Source: Curvularia clavata
Taxonomy: Eukaryota
Length of the DNA stretch: 64,000 bases
Assembly (NCBI GenBank): GCA_023920165.1
Contig: CP089278.1
Span: 1,550,001-1,614,000 of the forward strand
Direction of reading: 5' to 3'
The notes under the pieces are model-generated. The model was not told where the DNA came from, did not search any database, and was given only the letters and a program-made list of their open reading frames with translations. The position numbers and the translations under genes are program-made. Shown piece by piece: positions 11,279-25,201 of this stretch (position 1 is its first letter; the number at the start of each line of letters is the position of its first letter).

Positions 11279-13522
11279 ATGCCCAAATCCTCGACACTAT
11301 CGCTGGCTATGCGAGGGAAGCCCAAAGACAACGGCAGCGCACCCCTGAGCCCGAGAAGTCCACGGTCACCAGAGATGCCCGATAACTTCGACTATGCGGC
11401 GCCAAATGCCGCTTTTCACAATATGCCGCAATCACCAGCGTCACCCAAGCCCCGCAAAGACTCCAAGAGCATCTTCTCAAACTTCTCCGCCAACAAATCC
11501 TCCTCCCGCCTGAACAACAGCCAAGGCTTGTCATCACGCCATATGCATGAGCAGCAATCCTCTCCAACTCTTTATGCTAACGGCCGGAGCGGCGCATCCA
11601 CACCGGATCTCGGACGTCCTGTGCGCACCCCCAACTCGGACGGTAAGGCTATCATCCAGTTCCAATAAACCTTGTTTTGCTAAATATAGTAGATACGAGC
11701 TCCGAAGTAGTACGCTTAGACCAACGAGCCGGATCCGCCTTATCAAACGACTCGGACCCCCATGCCGACTCTTCCAAACGCAACACCGTCAAACCGAAGA
11801 AGCAAGGTATCTTGTCAAGATCCAAATCTATCAAAGAGGGTGAGGGGTCGACATCCCGTGCAAAACTGAACAAGGTGCCCCCAGGGCAACTGTCGCCGGA
11901 TGTGGCAGGCTCGTGGACGACGAATGGCGACGGGACACCGCACAAGGCCGCACCAATGGACAAGGGTCAGTCGTGGCGCCAAATGGGTATGGGCAAGATG
12001 CGGGCACACTCAACCGAACGTCAAGAAGGATCCAAGCCAATACAACGCGACGAGGACAATGGGCAGAGAAGAGACAAGTCAGAGCAGTTATCAGTCGCCT
12101 CCAATTCCTTCAATGAAAGCAAGGGACATGGATTCATCTCCAAACTCGGTTCAGGAGCTCGCAACATGGGGGAGAAGATGGACTCCGCACGCAAAGGTGT
12201 TTTTGGCAAACTGGCACGAAGTTCCAGCAACCACGAGAGCCAGACGCCCGTAGTCAATGAGCCATATGTCTGCAAAATCATACACAAGCCACTGATAGAA
12301 CAGACGAGACTGACCAGAATATCCACCCGGTTAGAACAGTCACGCGACAAGACCGAGTTCTGGATGCCGGCTCTGCCTTGGCGATGCATTGAGTAGGTAA
12401 TCTGTAAATCAACTATAGCTCAGTCGCTAACACATGCTGCAGCTACCTCAATATGAGAGGTTGCGAAGAGGAAGGTTTGTATCGTGTTCCAGGATCCGCT
12501 CAACAAGTTCGGTACTACGAACGCAAGTTCGACGAGGGTACGTTTCGTCATGTCTGAGATTCTTGGCTGCCACTGACGGGATTACAGACCGGGATATCGA
12601 TTTGATCAGCGATCCAAACCTGAACGACCCCAACGTCATCGGTTCCTTATTCAAAAACTGGCTACGACAACTACCAGACGAAATCTTCCCCAAGGCAATC
12701 CAAGCTGCGATCCAACAAGAGTGTCAAGGCGCCAAGACAACGCCACAAATGCTCAAGGATGAGCTTTCAAAACTGCCTCCGTTCAACTACTATCTCCTGT
12801 TTGCAATCACTTGTCACATCAGTCTGCTGCATTCTTGTTCCGAGTTCAACAAGATGAACTACAACAACCTGTGCATCTGTTTCCAACCGGCAATCAAGAT
12901 TGACGCCTTTTGCTTTCAGTTCCTCATCCTGGACTGGCGAAACTGCTGGCAGGGCTGCTGGACAGAAAAAGATTTCTTGGCGGAGGAGATAAATTTCCTG
13001 AACTCGCTTGAAGCCGAAAATCAACAGCAGCAGCAGCAGCAGCAGCAACAACAACAAGCACAGCTACAAGTATCTTCCAAGAATGGTCACTCTCAGAGCA
13101 GCGGCAAGAACAAAGGTAGCAGCCAGAAGCCTTCTACCAAACGGAGTCAGTCCACTGATCACATCAAATCTTCACGGGGAATCTCTTCTGAGAGAAGCGG
13201 ACGTGCTACACCGCCCAACCCTCCACCAATTTTGTCCGAACCTGCGAGCAACCCTGTTTTGCGCATGCGTGGTGGAGGTTACAACGAGCGTGAGACGTCG
13301 CCTGAACGGCTTACTTCGTCTTCGGACAGCCGTGAAGGTGTTCCTCACAAACGAGGCGCTCCACGGGCGCCTCCGTCAGTGAGCACAGAGGCGTCTTCGG
13401 TTGATTTGGACGAAAACATTACACCCACGCAAGCGAACCACATCCGCGAACACTCGGAATCGACACAATTCCGCTTGGATCTCCGCGATCCACCAGGCTC
13501 TCCTTTCAACATCAAATTCTGA
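11279..13522 (+). CDS. Rho GTPase-activating protein (RhoGAP domain, polyQ and disordered tail); 4 exons
   Basis: Introns 11643-11692, 12393-12442, 12538-12587. The spliced product has WRCIDYLNMRGCEEEGLYRVPGS (arginine finger), GSLFKNWLRQLP and NKMNYNNLCICFQP. Confidence 0.92.
13022..13057 (+). repeat. CAA(CAG)7(CAA)4 tract encoding Q12 in the RhoGAP
   Basis: Read directly from the sequence. Confidence 0.9.
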
Positions 13523-14312
13523 TGAATATATAAGGAAGAGGGACAAATTGTGAATGGGCTCCCTCAGCGCGCATGTATGAGGTGACGAAAAAGGGAGGGG
13601 GGCTGGGATTTGAGCGGTCGTTTTGCGCATCTTCGTTTCGTCCTGTGTGAGCTGCCACGAGGTCGCGATACCCGTCTTTTGATCACCCTGGGCTCGTGGC
13701 AGCGGTCTTGCCCAGTATCTGTTTAGTAGCCAGCGCTGGAGTTTGGGCTGCATGCATATTCATTAGCTGCTTTGTTATCGCATTATGTTGCATATTGGCG
13801 TTTGGGAGAGGGCTGGGAAGAAGTAGCATTTGAGCGAGCCCACTTTGTACCATATGAGGATGCAGTGCCCAGTCAGCATGAACAAGCTTTTCCATGGTAG
13901 TTTCAGCGTATTCAACAGTTTCTTCGAGACCAACTCGATTGCGTTGGCACCAACGCCTAGACCCCGCGCTATTGGATTGTAGCGTGGCCAGGAACGGGGC
14001 GGCAGGCTGGGGTTAGAGCTTGGGGCAATGACGTTTCCCGCGTTCTGCGCTTGCGGCTGTGGTACGCGACCGCCCACCGTCCATCTCACACGTCTCCAGG
14101 TGTTGCTCTTCTTTTCTCCACACAAAAGGGCAATTGGCACCCTCTGAAGCTTCTGCGTGTGCGGTCACTTGACGGTCAACAGCCTCCATCAAGCCCGTGG
14201 CTGCCTCTCAGCACGAGCCCAATCATTACTACGTCCTCGTTGCAACCATCCTACATCTGTTGTCGTTGTTTACTGCCAGCACAGCTTCCATCTTTACTCT
14301 CTCCAGACGACC

Positions 14313-17300
14313 ATGTCTGTAGCACTACCTCACCACTCCAAGTCTTCGGACCAGAGAGTCGTCTACTTGTTGCCCTTGACCGATCAAGGCAGCCCAGACG
14401 TCCCTGGCACTTACATCTACCTACCTCCACCCACCACTCCTGCCTACTCGATTTGCTTTCAAATCCAGGGTACCAGCTCAATATGTCGCCAGGGTAGTCT
14501 CTGGGTGAATATTCCCGCAAAGGGAGAGAAGTTTGAGCGTAGCAACTACCGCGAGTACAAGTAAGTTTCCACTTCAACTATGCTCCGCTGTACCCCACGC
14601 CATTAACACTTGACGCAGACTGCAGCCAAACTTCACGGGTATGTGTGAGATTGAGATTTCTGTATATGAGGCCAACGCCTTCTCCTTCTACACGACCTAC
14701 ACACCGCTGCCGCAGTGGTCTTTCACGGATGCCGAGTCACCAGAACCCACACGAACAGAGACATACTACATCGACATTTGTCCGAGCTTGGAGTTGCATG
14801 GGGAGCATTTGCCAGTTGAGGCTGTCTGCATATTCTCATGTCTGTCTAAATTCATGGGCAACTACCCCACAGATTGGGACAAGCATCTGCGTGGCATCAG
14901 CCAGCGTGGCTACAACATGGTGCATTTCACACCTTTGATGATTCGTGGTGATTCAAATTCGCCTTACAGTATATATGACCAGCTCAAGTTTGATGAGGCC
15001 ATCTTCAAGAATGGTGAGAAAGATATTGCTGACCTGGTCCGCAAGATGCACGACGAGTTCAATTTGCTTGCTATGACCGATGTCGTCTGGAACCACACAG
15101 CCAACAACAGCAAGTGGCTTGAAGAACACCCTGAGTCTGGGTACAATGTTGAAACTGCGCCTCATCTGCGCCCTGCTCTCGAACTCGACACGGCACTGTT
15201 GCAATTCGGTAAAGAGCTCAAGGAGCACGGCCTGCCAACTGTGTTCAATAGTGAGGGAGATCTCCTGAAGGTCATGCAGGGCGTCAAAGATCATGTTCTC
15301 AGCAAGCTCAAGCTTTGGCAGTTCTACGTCGTTGATGTGGAACGAGATACCAAGGCCATCATGCAAGCTTGGATGTCTGGTCAAGTCAACTTCGTTGACG
15401 ACAGCTTTAGTGAGGCAGGCCCTCGCGGGCTGGACGTCGTTCGAGACTGGTCGCTGAAGCAAAAGGCTGACTGGTTGGTTGCGTATGCTTTGCAAGGTGG
15501 TGATCAGATGGGCGAGCGCTACCGTCGAACAATGGATCCGAAAATCAGTGCTAGTCTGCTCTGTGCCCTGTTTGGTCGTTACGATACTCAAACCAGCAAT
15601 ACGCCAGACGACCGTGCAGCACAGGGAACAATCACCGCCATTCTCAACGAAGTTAATCTTCCATTCTACCGCGAGTATGATGGAGACCAAGCTGAGATCC
15701 TGGAGCAGCTATTCAACCGAATCAAGTACGTTCGGATAGATGCCCATGGACCCAAGCTCGGAGAAGTTAACGATAAACACCCGCTCATCGAAACCTACTT
15801 TACACGGCTACCTGTGAATGAGACTACGAAGAAACACAACCCTGAAGCCCTCGCTTTGGTGAACAATGGCTGGGTCTGGGCTGCGGACGCGATGCGTGAC
15901 AACGCTGGGCCCAAATCAAGGGCATACCTCAGGCGAGAGGTCATTGTCTGGGGCGACTGCGTCAAGCTCCGATATGGAAGCGGCCCAGAAGACAACCCGT
16001 TCCTCTGGGACCACATGGCCAAGTACACGCGACTAATGGCCAAGTACTTCCAGGGTTTCAGAATCGACAACTGTCACTCGACGCCTCTGCATCTTGCTGA
16101 GTACATGCTTGACGAAGCAAGAAGCGTCAACTCCAACATCATGGTTTGTGCCGAACTGTTCACTGGTTCCGAAGAGATGGATTACAAATTTTGTATGAAG
16201 CTCGGTATCTGCGCGCTCATACGAGAGGCTATGCAAGCATGGAGCACCCAGGAACTTAGCAGACTTGTACATCGTCATGGCGGTGTACCAATTGGCAGCT
16301 TTGAAACTGACGAAGTGCTTAATGCTGCACATGCAACCGATGGAGCCGACCAGTCAAAGCCAATCATCAAGAAGATCAAGCGTAGCCCTGTACACGCTCT
16401 TTTCATGGATTGCACTCACGATAACGAGACGCCAGCCCAAAAACGCGATGCTCGTGACACACTACCTACTGCCGCACTTGTTGCTATGTGTGACTGCGCA
16501 ACTGGTAGTGTTTTTGGCTTTGACGAAGTTTACCCCGAGCTGATCGAACTTGTTCACGAAAAGAGGCTGTATTCTTCAGCCAACTCCACCGGGGAGCCAA
16601 TTAAGCCACAGGCCGGTGAGGGTGGTATTGGAGGTATCCGCAAGATCATCAATGAGATTCATGTGAAGATGGGCAGGGAAGAATACAATGAGACGTACAT
16701 CCACCACGACAAGGAATACATTACTGTTCATCGCGTCAACCCCCACACAAGAAAGGGTTACTTCCTCATTGCCCATACCGCATTTCCAGGCTACAGCGAC
16801 AGTAATGGAGGCTTCGGTAAGACCAAGCTTCCAGGAACACAGGCAAAGCTCATTGGTGCCTGGAATCTGGAAGTCGACAACAGCCCAGAAACGAGAGCTG
16901 GTGTGGTTGGCGACAAAACAACGCTGCGGGGTTTGCCAAGCAAGACGAACGATCTTGAGGGTGTTAAAATCGAGTCGGCTGGCGATGAAACGATTATCAG
17001 TATTCCCGAGAAATTTCCTCCGGGTAGTATCGCTCTCTTTGAAACGTGGGTACCGAGTGCTGAGCACGCCGACGGTCTGGACAAGTTTGTCACCGGCGGA
17101 GCACGTGCGGCTTTTAGCGGTGTCAACCTCACCGACCTGAATTACATTCTGTACAGATGCGACGAGGAGGAGCGGGATGCTACTGATCACAAAGACGGTG
17201 CCTACAACGTTCCTGGACACGGCACTCTCGTGTATGCTGGTTTACAAGGATGGTGGAGTGTGCTCCGTGACATTGTCAACGACAACAACCTTGGCCACCC

Positions 17301-19035
17301 TCTTTGCAATCATCTACGTGAAGGGCAATGGGCCCTCGACTACTGCCTTGGCCGTCTCCAAAAGATATCCCAAAAGGAGAACTACACTAATATCAAAGGA
17401 CCAGCGGAGTGGCTTGAGGCAAGGTTTGACGCCATCCGCAAAGTCCCTAGCTTCATGCTTCCGAGGTATTTCGCCCTGGTCATCCAGACTGCATACAATG
17501 CTGCAGTGGAGCGCGCAATTGAGCTCATGGGCGAAAACATACGGGGAGGCAACCAATTTCTCAAGAGCTTGGCACTCGTTAGCTGCCAAGTTACGGGTTA
17601 CATGAACAGCGCATCGCTGTGGCCAGATAAGAGCGTCCCCAGTATGGCTGCTGGTCTTCCTCATTTTGCCTACGACTGGGCACGATGCTGGGGTCGTGAC
17701 ATAACCATCTCAGCCCGCGGTCTGTATATGGGCACTGGAAGGTATGATGATGCGAAGGAACATATCTACGCTTTCGCCAGTGTCCTCAAGCACGGCATGG
17801 TTCCCAATCTTCTTGGCGGCGGCAAGAACCCACGCTACAACTCTCGCGACTCAGTCTGGTGGTTCCTCCAAAACATCCAAGACTACACCAAGATTGTACC
17901 AAACGGCATGGATATCCTTCAAGACAAGGTCAGGAGACGATTTCTCCCTTACGATGACACTTGGTTTGCGCACACTGATCAGCGTGCCTATTCCAAGTCC
18001 TCCACTGTTGAAGATGTAATTCAGGAGGCCCTCCAGAGACACGCATCTGGTATAGAATTCCGTGAGCACGATGCAGGCCCCAACATCGATAGGCAGATGA
18101 AATCCGAAGGCTTCGATATCAAAATATGGACAGACTGGGAGACAGGTATGATCTTTGGTGGCAACCAGTGGAACTGTGGTACTTGGATGGACAAGATGGG
18201 CGAGAGCGAAAAGGCTGGCAACAAAGGTGTCCCTGGCACACCTCGAGACGGTGCTCCTGTCGAGATCATCGGCATGCTGTATAGCACTGTACGCTGGTGC
18301 GCCAACATGTATGCGGCAGGCCAATTCAAGTACGAGGGAATAACACTGGAAGATGGCAAGAAGACTATCACTTACAAGGAGTGGGCGGACTTGATCAAGG
18401 CCAATTTCGAGCGGTGCTTCTACGTTCCTCTTTCCCCCGAGGAAGACAGCAAATACGATGTCAACCCTAGCATCATCAACCGTCGCGGAATCTACAAGGA
18501 CCTATATCGCTCAGGCAAGGAGTACGAGGACTACCAACTGAGGCCCAACTTCCCTGTCATGATGGTGGTCGCGTCAGATCTCTGTGACCCGGAACATGCT
18601 CTGCATGCTCTCCAGATGGCCGACAGGGTTCTCCTCGGGCCTCAGGGTATGAAGACGCTTGACCCGTCTGACTTCAACTACCGGGGCTATTACATCAACA
18701 GCGAGGACTCGACCGATTTCCATACATCCAAGGGCCGCAACTACCACCAAGGACCTGAATGGGTCTGGCCCACAGGTTTCTTCCTGCGTGCGCTTCTTAA
18801 ATTCGATCTTAAACGACGCGAGACGCGCGAGGAGCGCGTTGAGAGCTACCAGCAAGTCACGCGTCGTTTGGCTGGCTGCATGAAGGCGATTCAAGAATCT
18901 CCGTGGGCTGGCCTAACGGAGCTGACGCAGAAGGATGGCGAATTCTGTGGCGACTCGTGCCCCACGCAGAGTTGGAGTGCTAGTTGTATCATCGATTTGT
19001 TCCAAGATGCGCGGGAATACGAGAAGGCAGCGTAG
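14313..19035 (+). CDS. GDB1: Glycogen debranching enzyme (4-alpha-glucanotransferase / amylo-1,6-glucosidase); 2 exons
   Basis: ATG at 14313, intron 14561-14618. Motifs FRIDNCHSTP, AELFTG, DCTHDNE, NCGTWMDKMG and NYHQGPEWVW. Confidence 0.97.
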
Positions 19036-21050
19036 GGTTGTGCTAGCAAGTAGTTTGTATTGGAGGTTGATGGAGTCGAATATATAAAGAGCCAGTTTTC
19101 TGCGGCTAGTGTGAAATGGCCAGGAATTTGAAATGTAGGGTGTTGAGATAACGAACGCTTTTGTTGTTTGGTTAATGGCATTTGTTTCAAGGTTGACATT
19201 GCTCTTGTACTCGAGTAACATATGTGATTGGGATGCAAGGTAGTCTTTTCCATCTTATGTCTCTACCAGCTCGTCTTCGCCGTAGCAGCATACTGGATAT
19301 ATCTATTAAACAAGCCAACCATATCATTTACACTTTCAAAAATAAGAAAAAATCCCAGAGAAAAGTGTCAGCGGCTGTCATGTACGATTTCATTCGCCGA
19401 ATGTAAAAGCACAATTCAGTTTCTCACCCTAGGCATTCTAATCTTGTTTCACACATGAGCTTTATGTGCATGCAAAAGGCGTTGATGCGGAAGCAGCGGC
19501 TAGGAGAAAGTAGGGAAAGATATCGGTGGTACGAAGGAAAAGAAAGGATATGAGTAGCATTGAAGAGTCAGAGACGTGAAAATCTCGATGTTTACTTTTG
19601 CTCGTTGGCCACTTGGGTAGGTAGGTAGTTGACTTCAAGGGGAGAACTTTGTACGATTGTTTACTATAGTTATCGAGAGGCTGGAGCTGATCTTTTTGCC
19701 TACTGGGTTTGCTTTTTCTGATACTCTATGTATGCCTGCCCTGTCCGTTTTTTCTGTATCATATCTCTAATGGGGAGTTTCTCCATTTGAATCTTTTTTG
19801 TTTTGTTTTCTCCTACACGTTCGGCACTCTTGCTCCTTCCTCAGTCATACTCTACTTTATCCTGGCCGAAGGTCAGAACAAAAAGAAAGGCTTATGCCAG
19901 GCTCTCTACAGACAGGAAGGAGGAGAAGCATGTGCCGACAATGTGATTGCTGCGAAGAATATCATTCGTCGCCACTAACTATTTGGCGGAAATGTGGTCA
20001 AGACAAACAAATGCCCTCCTAGTCACCAAGATGGGACGATGATCACGATTCAAGATGTACAAGGAGTGTATATGGGCGGAGAGACGGTGTGTACAGTATG
20101 TATGTCATGCAATTGTGCATGTCTCTGGAGAGCGGGAAACACCAATGAGGAAAAAAAGGAAAAGAGAGAGAGTAGAGAGAAAGGCAAATGGTGTTAACTC
20201 AAAGAGTAGCGGACCCTGGAGATCATGTTTTATTTCAAACAAAGCTGAGCTGGGCTGACTGAGCAACGCTAATACGCTTTTTGCGGTGGGTAGAGGAAAG
20301 GAAAGAGTCGAAGGCGTTGGGATTGATGGAGCAGAAGAAGAAAAGCACTCGGAATTCGGCATCAACATATTCCGCCTAGTGGCTTTTTCCAATCAGATAG
20401 TCTAACCTCTTTGCATCTTTGACCTTTTGCTTTTTCTTATGTGTCTCGCTTATGATTTTCGGTCTTTGGTCGCCCTTTTATTGCTTTTTTCTCAACGGTC
20501 TGACCTTATGCACCCCACTGTGTGTATCCCACCAATATCCCCCTTTTTTCGCCGGACGGAAATGCAATGCATGTCCCCATGTTTTGTCTCCCCTTTCCCC
20601 TCCTCCACCTCTACTTTTGGGCTTACTGGGAACCGCTCATCCACTTAGCATCGCGTAAATTTCCGTTTTCTGGACTTGTGCATTGTAGGGTGGGAGGTGA
20701 TGGGGAAAAGGAAAAAAGCAAAGATGAGAAGGATTCATAAAAAATAATCATGAGACAGGTTTGGTTCAAGTGGTAAGGACTCCCAACCCATCATCCCATC
20801 TTCCCCTCGCCTTCCGTTGCCCTTCTTCTTCTCTCTCCCTTGCTTGCCATGCAATATGCAAACGCCATAGCCGTGTTTTCTCCCACCAATCTTGATTTGT
20901 TCCGTCTACATCCTGCATTACGTTGGTCACATGGGTGTGGCCGGTGAAGAAATAAGGAAGAAGAAAGCAGTAGTACAAGTGTCATGGAAGCGAAAGGGAT
21001 GTGGAGAAAAGTGCTTGCGGCCGTATGACATGCTGGGAAAAAGTAAAAAA

Positions 21051-21052
<2 letters not shown>

Positions 21053-21100
<48 letters not shown>
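21053..21100 (+). repeat. (GT)24 perfect microsatellite
   Basis: Read directly: 48 nt of uninterrupted GT. Confidence 0.97.
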
Positions 21101-21102
<2 letters not shown>

Positions 21103-24100
21103 AAAATTTCGGCATCGGAACGGGATGTACGTAGCACATGCAGCCGAAGGATTAAGCGACTGCTCGGGCGGTCGGTGGTGGCTTCGGGACGTATAGATAC
21201 ACCCAGAGATAAGTGATGATTTTTCCATTACAATGTTCCCTCTTTTGGTATGTTTTTCTTTTCTCGTCTGGCTAGCACTAGATGCTTGGCGTCTGATTGC
21301 TCGTAGGATTTTGGAAAGTCACCTGGTGAAGTTGATTGGTAGATGGAGATGGATGCTCGGGATCTACGCTTTTGGGTGGGTGAAGCGCGGATAAATGTAT
21401 GGACTAGAACGGACAAGTCCAGCTGAGGGCTGTATTTTGTATTGCACAACCAGAATATGACGAGTGTGGAGCAGCAGCCTGCGTGACATCGAGCATAAAG
21501 TAGTTTTGATAGGCTGAGAGAGCTAGTCGGTGCTGGGTAAATGCCAAGTCAGGTGGAAAAGGGGCCTCTGGGCTTCAATGTCTACATCACCGTACATGTC
21601 TATACTCCATTGTGAATAGTCCATATTCGCCATAAAATCAATACAAAAACATGGCTGTATACATTATTGAAAAGAATGGTGAGCGGCTATATCTCGTATA
21701 CTCCTTCCGCTCGTGAAGAAGGGCGTCATAGTGCGTTCTTTCTGTCAACGAAGTATGATGTGGATGCGTATACAGATCACCGATGCGCTGCCCTAGTCTA
21801 CCTCAACAGGCCACTGCACATATCGCAGGCGCCAGAATCACTCCAATTTCCAGGGCGGATGATGGGTGGCACAATGACGGCAGTGTAACGCCGGCAAAGC
21901 TGTCAAAGATACTGTCGACGCCACGATGATCAGAGTGAATATGCGTGTCATCTCGTGTCGATTCACGACCCACTATTGTGTGGATACTGGAATCTCATGT
22001 AACCCTAATCTCTTGCATATTCTTCTTTATTCCCTTTGTATCGGTATCCATCTCCAGCTACCACCTGGTTGATACCATGGCGGCCGCACAACCTGACAAA
22101 TAGTCTTGAGCCATCGGATCCTACAGTGACCAGTGGTCAAGTCTGATACGATCCCAACATTCCAGTGGTGCATCCTTCGCTCAGGAGTCTGGACCAATTC
22201 GCCTTCGTGCGCTTTTTCTTTTCACAATCAGCCGCCTTTCCGGGCACCCTCTTTGCAAGAGCTAGCACATCACTGGGCGACATTACACAGCGCCCAGAAA
22301 CTATAATTACCTAGGAAAATGGTGTAGTAATGAGAAATTCCATGATGAACTTTCGGCTGCATGGATCCGCAGCCAAACTTGGCCATGTCTAAAAAACCGA
22401 CGGATAAGTCGATCACTGTACAGCCTTATGCAGGTGACGCGGCCCAAGTTGGGAATGGATGTGGAGTAGAAATGCAACGGCGACTGAATGAAAATTGAGG
22501 CGATTCCAAGGCCTAGAAACAGATGGCAGTGTCGGATAGACAGACCGTTTGTCTTCGACAATACAAGGCCATCCCAGCGAAGACAATTTTGATATATAAG
22601 TGCTCGCCAGTGACATATCGAGCATGGTAGATGTGACTCCAAGGCAGCAGCAGCCGTGATCGACGCAAGAATCCCGACCCTTCTATCGGCCATGCCGCCT
22701 CTTAAGCTGCAGCATTACTGGTGACACGAAGCCAGGTGATTTCTTTTTGAAACATATCTACGAGACCAGCATGAATCACCGCCTGGTTTGCCAAGAGTAG
22801 GATTCGAGGATCCGCCAGTGCCTGTGGGTAAAGGAGTAGCACCAGTCTCGCTTGCCACCGATCACGATGTCGTTCATGTGAGATACGTAGCCAACCGTGT
22901 CATGTTCATGAAAGGATTGCGGCTATTTCTCTCAGCCTAGTTAGTGCCGAAGAGATCCCTGAGTTTGGAGGAATGAAGGTAGGCTTCCTTGACTTATCGG
23001 ATATGGATACCCGAATCGCGTGCACTGGTCTGGCCAACAAAGGTGTTGTGCCCTTCATTTCCATCGTGCCCTCGTGGATGCAACCATGGACTGTGGCCTT
23101 CGGCTGCCTGGGAACAAGCTTAAGCCAGCGCAACCGGTCCCAAGCCATGTCCCTTCCACCCGCCTCCGAGCCAATATATTGTTTCGAGAGCAAAGCGCCT
23201 CCGTTTCTCTATGAAAATTGGGGGAGTCGAATTAAGGTACGGACGCGGCCCGGATAGCGAGCCCCACAGAGAAATAGGAAAGACGGTAAAACCATTGGTC
23301 CATGCACACACACACACACACACACAAACCCAATACAGCTGGGAGGCGTTCGTGTGTGACTGTGAGTGCGTATTTTGTCAAAGTTGTTTTCGCGAATAAT
23401 GATGCGAAACATGGAGTGCTGATTGCTGCAGCAGCAGCAGTAGCAGCACGTGTGTGATGAGGATCAACCGTTGAGGCTGACCTGTTCCGCTTCAGCAGTG
23501 CGGCACAACCATGGTCTGGCCCGTTCTTCTCGGCCATGCGATATCAATGCCGAGGTACACAAGTAAGACACCTGCAAAACGAGGGAGTAGGCCGCTTGGT
23601 AAAAGGACCGATGGCATGCAGAGTCGTCGTTTCCTAACGGCAGAAATACGAGTTCAAGGCTGGATGGAGCAACTACGCAGGCCTGGTCGAGGTTCGGAGG
23701 CCCCGTAGCATGTGCAGCACGACCTGGTAAACTATAAAACGGATGACTGCCTGTGGAAGGCATAAGCGCATAAGCTGGTGAGCAGCGAATAGAGTACAGG
23801 TAATCTGTATCGATCGAGTTCATGGCACTGTCTGATACAAACACAGCCTCTACTCAGGTACCGTAATGGAGACCCGAAGGCCGACATGGTGATGGTGGCC
23901 ATGATGCCACGTAGCACAAAGACAGATAGGGCCATCACAGTGCTTGTGGGATTGGAACAGGGACAATTGGTGGTTACGAAAGCGAATCGAGCCATGTCAG
24001 ACTTGACCGGCGGTGGAAGGTGATGTTTGCATATACCGCTTGGTGCATTTTGCTTGCTATAGCATGAGGCTAGCCAGTGCGAGAGTGTTTTGCATGGCTG

Positions 24101-25139
24101 GGCGGCTTGGGTGTTTCGATGTCGTGCAGGCACGCATACATGGCTAAGCGACCTGGCCCATATCGGTTGAACCGACCATAGGCAGGATTGAGAAGCGTGC
24201 CCAAAGGCTTACGGGTCTAAGCTGCCGGTGGGAGCCAAGTATTGGTCATGCATCATCTGGCTGCAATTGATCGGCACGACGTTTCTTCCATGACGATCCT
24301 GCGTTGATAGTTAGCGCGGTTTTGGGGAATGCACGCAAACCGGGGAGTTGCTTCCGAAGGCAGGGATAGAGGGCGAGTGAAAGAGTCTAGGGCTTAGCCC
24401 TCACATGGCTCAACCGCTTTGGTGGACTCGCTAATTCTGGCGTGAGACGGCACGGCCAAGGTACGTGTCTGGATAGCCGCCCATGGATATAACTACCTGA
24501 GACAGCTGATGTGAGTGCCGGGATGCGAGTTTGTTGGAGATAAGATATGGGTTATAGTTGGTATGGCAGGATGGAAGAAGCGGGCAAGGGAGAGCAACGG
24601 CATGATATTGAGGCAGTGGTTTTTGAGCTTAGTTGTGGGCTGAAGTTGCAAGCGTCGTTGGATGTGGTGTAACTGACTAGAATGCTGGGTCTGTACAACA
24701 ACAGAAAACACTCGTGAAACTGAGTGGATAGCTGACGGGAAGGACGACAAGAGCGTGGAGACTCGGACCGTTGGTCAGTAGTGGCTATCGGTAGGCGGCC
24801 AAGTGGAGACGGTGCATGGGGTGGTTAGTAGTGGAGAAAGAGAGAAGAAAGAGGGATGACCGGAAAGGGACGGTGAATGGCCCAGTTGGAGCCGGAAGCG
24901 GCTTGGAGGGTTCAGTGGTGCGTCCCAATGCAGACATGCGTCGAGCATCGCGTACAGGCAACCGAGCAGACAGCAGACGACAGCGGGTCCGTGATTGGCA
25001 AAAAAAGCAGCCATGGCCTGGGACCACGAGAGCAAGTCGAATGATCTTCGTTAGGGAGCTATCCCACTCGACAGCTAGACAGGATCATTATGCAAGTACC
25101 CGAGGGGGAAGCATGATTGTCAGACCATGGGGCGAGACA

Positions 25140-25201
25140 GGCAAGGCATGCAAGGCATGCGGCGAGGCATGCGAGGTAAGGCAAGGCAAGGCAAGGCAAG
25201 G
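25140..25201 (+). repeat. Imperfect (GGCAA/GGCAT)n pentamer tandem array
   Basis: gcaaggcatgcaaggcatgc...ggcaaggcaaggcaaggcaagg. Confidence 0.75.

Noticed and set aside
21213..21296. C box (GTGATGA) and D box (CTGA) ~84 nt apart, snoRNA-like
   Set aside because: No terminal stem and no rRNA-complementary guide that I can recognise.
24173..24290. CGACCATAGG resembling the 5S rRNA start
   Set aside because: The match stops after 10 nt and there are no internal A/C boxes.
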